The translations under genes and the position numbers were made by a program. Shown here piece after piece: positions 8,819-15,047 of a DNA stretch of 64,000 nucleotides; position 1 is the stretch's first letter, and each line of letters opens with the position of its first letter. The notes under the pieces are model-generated. The model was not told the DNA's origin and made no database searches. It worked only from the letters and a program-made list of their open reading frames with translations. The stretch spans positions 6,052-70,051 of IMG/VR virus record IMGVR_UViG_3300033075_001214; one strand, given 5' to 3'. This DNA comes from a virus. Taxonomy: Duplodnaviria; Caudoviricetes.

Positions 8819-8949
8819 AATACCTTATCCTTTTAATCCTACTGGCAAGCTGCTCACCTAAGGTAAGCAAGCACCAGAACGACTCGGTAGCTGATAGGTT
8901 GAGGCAAAGACACGCACCAGTAAAGACTCATAACCCAAGTATTCGATGA
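8815..8949 (+). CDS. Small lipoprotein, 44 aa
   Basis: MKYLILLILLASC lipobox; ATGA overlaps on both sides. Confidence 0.65.
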   Translation: MKYLILLILLASCSPKVSKHQNDSVADRLRQRHAPVKTHNPSIR

Positions 8950-9428
8950 TCAAATTTCTAAGCAGTAAAATTGTCCAGGCCTTCCCCCACAAGGACAAGA
9001 CACAAATTTTAAAATACATTCCGTTGATCTACGGAGTGGACAGCAATCTGAATAAGATTGAAGACCTGGTAGAGCGCAAGAAAATTGCGGCCGAGCAATG
9101 TGAGATAGAAGTCCCGGAGAATACCGAAGAACTTCGGAAAGTAATCATTGAATTCTTACGGCTCCAGCATCATAACAAGTTTGCTCTTTTAATCAGCAAG
9201 GAAGAACTATTGATAGAATGCCTGGATGTCCTAAGAGAACCCCTAGTCAATAGCAAGGATGATGACAAGCGGCTCAAGAACGTAAAGCTCAAGGGAGACG
9301 TGAATGAATTGTGTGACAAACTGGTTGCCGAAACAGAGCGCCTACGGATTGATATTTTCACCGAAGAGCATGCAGAAGAATCGAAGAAGGTCATTTCGAT
9401 CGAGGAACGGTTGAGAGCGAAAGGATGA
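8946..9428 (+). CDS. Helical protein, candidate terminase small subunit
   Basis: 160 aa, helical/coiled-coil; would directly precede terL if 9431-12181 were removed (positional inference only). Confidence 0.4.
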   Translation: MIKFLSSKIVQAFPHKDKTQILKYIPLIYGVDSNLNKIEDLVERKKIAAEQCEIEVPENTEELRKVIIEFLRLQHHNKFALLISKEELLIECLDVLREPLVNSKDDDKRLKNVKLKGDVNELCDKLVAETERLRIDIFTEEHAEESKKVISIEERLRAKG

Positions 9429-9430
9429 TT

Positions 9431-9458
9431 GTTATCCAACGTTTTAATGTTGGATAAC
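9431..9458. repeat. Terminal palindrome of array 1 (distal half of the split att site)
   Basis: GTTATCCAAC-8 nt-GTTGGATAAC, perfect 10-bp inverted repeat. Confidence 0.85.
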
Positions 9459-9904
9459 CGTTCTGCCTCTATGTGCAGTGCGTTTATTACAGATAAGTTG
9501 AACAATGAAATACTACAAGAAAATAAAAAATTTTAAACCAGCGCGTGGGCGATTCACCTAAATTAAAATGGAAAACATACAGCTATCACAAAACCTCACA
9601 GTTAATTACTTGACGACTATACAGCAAAGCCCCATGAAGGTGAGGTTCCATTGTACCTTTTTTGGAGAAGAGTTTATTGCGGATGTTTCAAAAAAGAATG
9701 TTGACAAAGATTGGGCAAGCATTGAGGGAGAAGGGCCAAGCGAATTATTTGACTCATTCACTTCACAAATGGAAGATGAGTATTGGGATAAGGTGAAGGA
9801 GTTGTTTAAAGAGTTCGAGAGCCAGGAGGTTTAAAATTTTTTATTTTCTCCGCACACATGAAGCTACAACGCACAGAACTAAGCATTGCACATAGAGGCT
9901 TGTT
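9456..9904. repeat. attC-like site 1 with a gene-containing loop
   Basis: AAC-cgttct-GCCTCTATGTGCAGTGC (9465-9481) pairs with GCATTGCACATAGAGGC (9883-9899)-tt-GTT; 16/17 bp. Confidence 0.8.
9568..9834 (+). CDS. Hypothetical protein inside the attC-1 loop
   Basis: ORF track, 88 aa. Confidence 0.75.
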   Translation: MENIQLSQNLTVNYLTTIQQSPMKVRFHCTFFGEEFIADVSKKNVDKDWASIEGEGPSELFDSFTSQMEDEYWDKVKELFKEFESQEV

Positions 9905-10113
9905 GTATGACGTTTGCCTCATGTGCGGCTGGGACAGGATTATGTAGGGCTGGACATTGCCATTGCATAATGGTTCTGGTGTATAGTGTCGTTGTGGCCC
10001 TACCCAAACTTAATGAGCCACACGGTTTTGCAACCTTTGGAAGTGCGTGGAAGTTGTGCGGGTTGCTTAACGGTGTGAGCGGTGAAACTGAAACTAAATA
10101 AATTGAAACTTAT

Positions 10114-10482
10114 ATGAATGAAACTCAAATTTTTCACGGAATACAACACATCGGTCTATTCATGGGATGGACTCATGATGAATTAAGGGTTTACTTAACT
10201 GTAAAATATCCTCAATCTAAAAATCTCGGCAAGTTGGCTTTCAATGAAAGTTGGGATTTACTTATGCCTGTGATTGATAAAATTGAAACCATTAAAACAA
10301 TTAACGATTCAGAGAAATTTAGATTTAACATTACTGGCGATGGTATAAGTATAACCCGTTTTGATGATGGGAGTGGTGTAATCTCACAAAGAGTTAATGA
10401 TTCAACTAATAGACTTCAATACGCCTTTGAGGTTGTTGTGGAATTTATAGAATGGTATAACCAACCTAATGTATACGCATAA
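10114..10482 (+). CDS. Hypothetical protein (SWD.LMPV..KIE...EFI.WYN family)
   Basis: ORF track; shared motif with the next gene. Confidence 0.8.
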   Translation: MNETQIFHGIQHIGLFMGWTHDELRVYLTVKYPQSKNLGKLAFNESWDLLMPVIDKIETIKTINDSEKFRFNITGDGISITRFDDGSGVISQRVNDSTNRLQYAFEVVVEFIEWYNQPNVYA

Positions 10483-10492
10483 CTAAAACTAA

Positions 10493-10840
10493 ATGATTAT
10501 GGAAGAGTCTAAAATCGAATTAAACAAACTTATTGCAACCTATCGGGGTAGTATTATCGTACAAAGATACCATGCTGAATGGCATCATTTAATGCCTGTA
10601 GTTCAAAAGATTTATAAGTTTTTAGAGGATAACTTTCTCGATGATTTTTGGACTACTAAAGGTATCTATTGGCAACATTCAAAGTTTAACAGTATGCCAA
10701 TTTACACCCCAATAGACATAGTTTACAAAAGGGTGATTGAATTTATAAAATGGCACAATAATACAATCCTTGTTAATAATAGTAAAAATGAATTGTACCA
10801 CGATTACCAAGCTGAAATAAAAAAAATAAATGACCTATGA
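10493..10840 (+). CDS. Hypothetical protein, paralog of 10114..10482
   Basis: EWHHLMPVVQKI...EFIKWHN. Confidence 0.8.
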   Translation: MIMEESKIELNKLIATYRGSIIVQRYHAEWHHLMPVVQKIYKFLEDNFLDDFWTTKGIYWQHSKFNSMPIYTPIDIVYKRVIEFIKWHNNTILVNNSKNELYHDYQAEIKKINDL

Positions 10841-11132
10841 TATGACACAAGAGCAAGTTAATGAAATGGAAAGTTGGTGCGATTGGGCATGCGCCAATAA
10901 AGAAAGAACTTCCAAAGTTTGGAAGGCTTTAAGACTTGGATACATACAGGGTATCTATCGAAGTAATCTTAAAAATGAAGAGGTTTTAAAACTACTGAAA
11001 TCAATGACCTTATCAATGGCAGCTCATCCTGACTGTTTTAAAAGACCGGACGGTGCGGCAAGTGAGTTTTACGACCTTGTCGAAATGGCTGAAAAAGTTC
11101 TCGAAGGTACTTTATATACTCGGCACGGATAA
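10830..11132 (+). CDS. Hypothetical protein
   Basis: ORF track; overlaps the previous gene. Confidence 0.7.
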   Translation: MTYDMTQEQVNEMESWCDWACANKERTSKVWKALRLGYIQGIYRSNLKNEEVLKLLKSMTLSMAAHPDCFKRPDGAASEFYDLVEMAEKVLEGTLYTRHG

Positions 11133-11211
11133 ACAAACTTAGGATGTGTGAGGGGTTTGCGCGGTGTGTTTATTGGTGCCGCCTGAGGGGCCACAATGCA
11201 CTATACACGGT

Positions 11212-11301
11212 GTTAGCGGTAGTGACAAAACGAAGCGTTGGCCAAAAGTAGGAAGAAGCTCTGCGCCTGCTTTTTTCAAGGGTTTTGGCATTACCGCTAA
11301 C
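11212..11301. repeat. Matched GTT...AAC cassette ends (non-coding interval)
   Basis: GTTAGCGGTAgTGaCAAAAC / GTTTTGgCAtTACCGCTAAC, 18/20 inverted repeat. Confidence 0.85.
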
Positions 11302-11328
11302 AAGTAATTTGTAATTTTCTATTGTAAC
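11299..11328. other. attI-like site 1
   Basis: AACAAGTAATTTGTAATTTTCTATTGTAAC, 22 bp upstream of the recombinase start; 26/30 identical to the reverse complement of 55820-55849. Confidence 0.7.
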
Positions 11329-11350
11329 CATTTGATAAACAATTAATGCC

Positions 11351-12181
11351 ATGAATATTTCTGCTCACATCGACTTCTTCAAACAGGAAATGAAACGTAG
11401 GGGATTAGGTAATTCAACCATTCAAAGCTATCCGTCCTACGTCAAAACATTCTTTGAACAATCAAAGGCAGATCACCCAAAGAATATTCATGAGCAAGAA
11501 ATCAGAGAGTTCTTAGGCAGATTCACGGAGCCCAATACACAACGGGCCTATCATTCGGCAATCAAAAAATTCTATGCTATCTGTTTGAATCAGGAACATA
11601 AGTTTCGATACATACCTTATTGCAAAGCCAGCAAAAAACTTCCTATTGTTCTATCCGTTGAAGAAATTCAACGGATGTTTGATGTTTGTGAAAATCTTAA
11701 ACATCGTGCTATCCTAGCATTGCTTTATTCATGCTCGTTACGCTCGTCAGAATTAATCAATCTAAAATGGACTGATATCGACCGATCAAGAATGATTATT
11801 AACATCCGACAGGCCAAAGGAAAGAAGGATAGGCAAGTTGGATTAAATCAAAAACTCATTGAAGTACTGGAGAACTACTATCGAAAGTACACTCCAAAGG
11901 AATATGTTTTCAATGGTCAGTTTTCTTTACAATATTCCAAAGAAAGCGTCCTGCAAGTTATCAAGCAGTTAGCCGATAAAGCACACATTGACAATAAACG
12001 TGTCTACACTCACCTCATGCGTCATTGCTCCGCTACACACATGCTGGAAAGCGGAGTTGACTTGAATCTCATTCAACGGATACTTGGTCACTCGTCTGTT
12101 AAAACGACCGCGATATACGCTCACATTTCGCATAACTTAATTTCACGTATTAACTCCCCGTTGACCGCCATCAACTTATAG
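11351..12181 (+). CDS. int: Tyrosine recombinase, IntI-related, short form
   Basis: R131, K156, H221-x-x-R224, H247, Y256; N-terminal SAM-like domain; KKLPIVLS.EE, KGKKDR and C-terminal SPL motifs. Confidence 0.92.
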   Translation: MNISAHIDFFKQEMKRRGLGNSTIQSYPSYVKTFFEQSKADHPKNIHEQEIREFLGRFTEPNTQRAYHSAIKKFYAICLNQEHKFRYIPYCKASKKLPIVLSVEEIQRMFDVCENLKHRAILALLYSCSLRSSELINLKWTDIDRSRMIINIRQAKGKKDRQVGLNQKLIEVLENYYRKYTPKEYVFNGQFSLQYSKESVLQVIKQLADKAHIDNKRVYTHLMRHCSATHMLESGVDLNLIQRILGHSSVKTTAIYAHISHNLISRINSPLTAINL

Positions 12182-12191
12182 TCTATCTTTG
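12161..12191 (+). promoter_or_regulatory. Bacteroidota-type promoter for terL
   Basis: TTG (12161-63), 20-nt spacer, TATCTTTG (12184-91). Confidence 0.6.
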
Positions 12192-12200
12192 CGTATCCCC

Positions 12201-14330
12201 ATGTACGCCAAGACAGACAACCCCTATCGATTCAAATACCTTGTCACAGGAATAACCGGACCCGGGATTCCTTGCGTCTACCTTCCGCCAGAACCCCCAG
12301 ATGAAGAAGTACTGTTTAAGAAAGAACAGAAGTTCGTTAGGCCAGTACCGCCCGAGTATCTGAAGACTTGGATGCAAGAATTTGTTGAAGGCCGAGAGAA
12401 AGACCCTGAGTTTATACATCCGCACCAAAATGAATTAACCAAATGGGAAGATCGGGAGTTTGAAAGATCAACCACTGGAGTGTGGATTTGGAATAAGGGA
12501 GTAAAGACCTATCTCACTGGCCCGTATTATAAATTTCTTACTGCCTGGGAATTATATTTTGGATTCCCAGATTATCGAGAAACGGATAAAGAAACATTTT
12601 ACTGGATTAAATATTGGGAAGAAGATCCAAATTCCTATGGCGGAACATTCAATACAATAAGGCGAGAAGGGAAGTCTGCAAAGATGGGGTTTTGGCTAAA
12701 TGACAGAACATCCACAAACTTTAATCACTTTGCCGGAATGCAGGGGGAAGATAATTCTAAGATTCAGGATTTCTATAATGAAATGGTGATGAATCCATTT
12801 TATAAAATGCCTTACTACTATCAGCCCGAATACGATACAACCACGCTACAAAAAAAAGGAGTACTGTTTAAGGATTCACCAAAGCGAAATAAAAAGCGCA
12901 AGTCATCTGGAAAGATGGTTTTGGGTTCTAAGATGGACTATAGAACAAGCGAGCCGAACAAATATGATCAGGCAATGCTTAATTCTTATGTCATGGAGGA
13001 AGCTGGGAAATTACTAACGAGTAGCGTTAAAGATCGATGGAAGTTTGTAAAGCCTTGTTTAAAGAAAGGTATATTAATTCGAGGCAAAGCATTCATTGGA
13101 ACCACCGTTGAATTTATGGATGTATCTGGCAAAGGAGGTAAAGCATACCAGAAACTATGTTTTGAATCTGACTTTGATATTCGGCAAAAGAATGGACAGA
13201 CCATTTCAGGATTGTATGCCGCCATGATGCCAGGTGATTGCGCACTGGAGGGGTTCTTTGATGAGCATGGTATCCCTGATCGCAAAGCCGCCATGAAATG
13301 GATCCTTGACGAGCGCGATGCTGTTAAAGATAACCCGAAAGATTATTCTGATTTAGTTAGAAAATATCCGACCAACTGGAATGAAGTATTTTACATCTCC
13401 GCAGACAAGTGCGAGTTCAATGTAACTATCCTTCAAGACCGTAAGGCAGAACTTCAAATGAATCCACCCCCATTACGGAGAGTTAACCTAAGCTGGCAGG
13501 ACGGTAAGCGATTTACTAAGATTGTTATAAGTGATGATCCGGCAAATGGTTGGTGTAAGATGGCATGGATTCCAAAAGACAAAGAATTAGAGTTGCTGAA
13601 TAATGTAGGTGTAAGGATGGAAAACGGAAGACAAAAATATTTTCCGAAGAACAATGCCATATTTTCAGCAGGAACCGACCCGATTGATTACGGAGTACGC
13701 GTAGATAACATGAGTGCTGAAGGCACCGATTCAAGAAGATCAAGACCCGTAATGAGTGTGAAGAGAAAATACGATCCTAACATTGATGGATTTTTAAGTC
13801 AGGAATTATTGGAGCGTAGAGCCCGGGAAAAATATCCCTATAAAACTAACAAACGGATATTAATGATGGACCATCGGCCTAGCGAGCCAAATATTTACTT
13901 TGAGCGATGCCTGATGATTTGTTGGTTGTTTGGAGTTCCAATGATGTGCGAAAGTCAAAAGCCAGGAGTAATCAATTACTTCAAAGAACATGGGTGCGAA
14001 GACTTTCAGCTCAACAAGTATGTCCCCAGTGCGCAATTAAAACCGTCAGACTTCGTAGACGGCACACCCGCCTCCACGATGATGAATCAGGAACTAACAG
14101 GACTTTTAGCAAGCCTGATCGAATACTTTGGGCACTTAGAACCCTTTATTGAATTCGTTGAAGATTTTTTACTATTCGATCCCACCGACACCAAGAAGTT
14201 TGACTATGCTATGTGTGCAGGCTGGAATGAAGTAGCCGAGAAAGTCAAACCCAAAACCACCGAAGTACCGCAGCACAAGATAACGGAGTATTTCAGGCGC
14301 TTCCGAAGGGATGGAAGTGTGATCAAATAG
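12201..14330 (+). CDS. terL: Terminase large subunit (crAss-like size)
   Basis: Walker A IRREGKS, Walker B VMEEAGK, RNase H AGTDP; 709 aa from the ATG at 12201. Confidence 0.9.
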   Translation: MYAKTDNPYRFKYLVTGITGPGIPCVYLPPEPPDEEVLFKKEQKFVRPVPPEYLKTWMQEFVEGREKDPEFIHPHQNELTKWEDREFERSTTGVWIWNKGVKTYLTGPYYKFLTAWELYFGFPDYRETDKETFYWIKYWEEDPNSYGGTFNTIRREGKSAKMGFWLNDRTSTNFNHFAGMQGEDNSKIQDFYNEMVMNPFYKMPYYYQPEYDTTTLQKKGVLFKDSPKRNKKRKSSGKMVLGSKMDYRTSEPNKYDQAMLNSYVMEEAGKLLTSSVKDRWKFVKPCLKKGILIRGKAFIGTTVEFMDVSGKGGKAYQKLCFESDFDIRQKNGQTISGLYAAMMPGDCALEGFFDEHGIPDRKAAMKWILDERDAVKDNPKDYSDLVRKYPTNWNEVFYISADKCEFNVTILQDRKAELQMNPPPLRRVNLSWQDGKRFTKIVISDDPANGWCKMAWIPKDKELELLNNVGVRMENGRQKYFPKNNAIFSAGTDPIDYGVRVDNMSAEGTDSRRSRPVMSVKRKYDPNIDGFLSQELLERRAREKYPYKTNKRILMMDHRPSEPNIYFERCLMICWLFGVPMMCESQKPGVINYFKEHGCEDFQLNKYVPSAQLKPSDFVDGTPASTMMNQELTGLLASLIEYFGHLEPFIEFVEDFLLFDPTDTKKFDYAMCAGWNEVAEKVKPKTTEVPQHKITEYFRRFRRDGSVIK

Positions 14331-14368
14331 CAATTTTTTATTACATTTATACCGCGATACCAAGTACT

Positions 14369-14451
14369 AAAGAAATTAAAACAGTCCCCGATTGTTTCGT
14401 GCCTAACTGATTCTTTCGAATCGACTTGGATCGCCACGGAATAATTCGGGG
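14369..14451 (+). promoter_or_regulatory. Structured 5' leader of HNH gene 1
   Basis: AAAGAAATTAAA followed by a 16-bp stem, 14386-14401/14435-14451. Confidence 0.55.
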
Positions 14452-14461
14452 CGTTTTATTT

Positions 14462-15013
14462 ATGGAAGAAATCTGGAAAGACATAGTTGGATTTGAGGGA
14501 TACTATCAAGTATCTAATTTAGGAAGAGTGAAATCATTAGATAGATTTATATTTAGGGTTTCTCATAACAGACATAAACCATCAACGGTTTTTCAAAAAG
14601 GGAAAATACTTTCATTAATCAAATATTATACACCTACCAGAAAAGATTATTATTATCGGGTAACATTAAAAAAGAACAAACCAAAATTTATTGTACATCG
14701 ATTAGTTGCAACAGCATGGATACCAAATCCATATAACTTACCCGAAGTCAATCATATAAACAAAATAAAAACTGATAATAGAGTAGTCAATTTAGAATGG
14801 GTTAATAGACGAGAGAATATGTCTCATGCATACCAAGGTAAGCCTAATAAAAGTTCTCAATTTACTGGAGTCGCATGGGCTAAAAGAGACAAAAAGTGGG
14901 AGTCTTACATAACTATTAATGGCAAAAGAAAATCATTAGGTTATCATGATACCGAAGAATTAGCAAATCAAGCCTACCAAGCAGCCCTTTTTGCTCATAA
15001 ATTAAAACAATAA
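14462..15013 (+). CDS. NUMOD4-HNH-AP2 homing endonuclease
   Basis: EEIWKDIVGFEGYYQVSNLGRVKS; VNHINKIKTDNRVVNLEW; SQFTGVAW...SLGYHDTEELA. Confidence 0.9.
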   Translation: MEEIWKDIVGFEGYYQVSNLGRVKSLDRFIFRVSHNRHKPSTVFQKGKILSLIKYYTPTRKDYYYRVTLKKNKPKFIVHRLVATAWIPNPYNLPEVNHINKIKTDNRVVNLEWVNRRENMSHAYQGKPNKSSQFTGVAWAKRDKKWESYITINGKRKSLGYHDTEELANQAYQAALFAHKLKQ

Positions 15014-15022
15014 GTTTTTCAT

Positions 15023-15030
15023 TAACTTTG
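15023..15030 (+). promoter_or_regulatory. -7 promoter element before the portal gene
   Basis: TAACTTTG matches TAnnTTTG. Confidence 0.5.
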
Positions 15031-15047
15031 TTCAAATACGATAAAAC

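Larger units (their letters stand above)
9969..11214. repeat. attC-like site 2 with a 1.2-kb, three-gene loop and one degenerate core (AAT)
   Basis: AAT-ggttctg-GTGTATAGTG-tcg-TTGTGGCCC (9979-10000) pairs with GGGCCACAA-tg-CACTATACAC (11188-11208)-ggt-GTT. Confidence 0.8.
9431..11328. mobile_element. Integron-like cassette array 1
   Basis: Nested GTT...AAC pairs and attC-like inverted arms, bounded by a terminal palindrome and an attI-like motif, next to a tyrosine recombinase. Confidence 0.8.

Noticed and set aside
9886-10101. Track ORF spanning attC arms (also 11170..11352, 55810..56100, 55834..56169)
   Set aside because: Shadows of palindromic non-coding elements or antisense to better ORFs; non-ATG starts or odd composition
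11351-12181. Integrase as a lysogeny integrase marking a prophage boundary
   Set aside because: Phage genes continue on both sides, no repressor or host genes nearby, and it is flanked by cassette-type sites; not fully excluded without an assay
12201-14330. Intein or intron in terL, portal or MCP
   Set aside because: Continuous ORFs of expected size with no splice-junction motifs; the HEGs are free-standing
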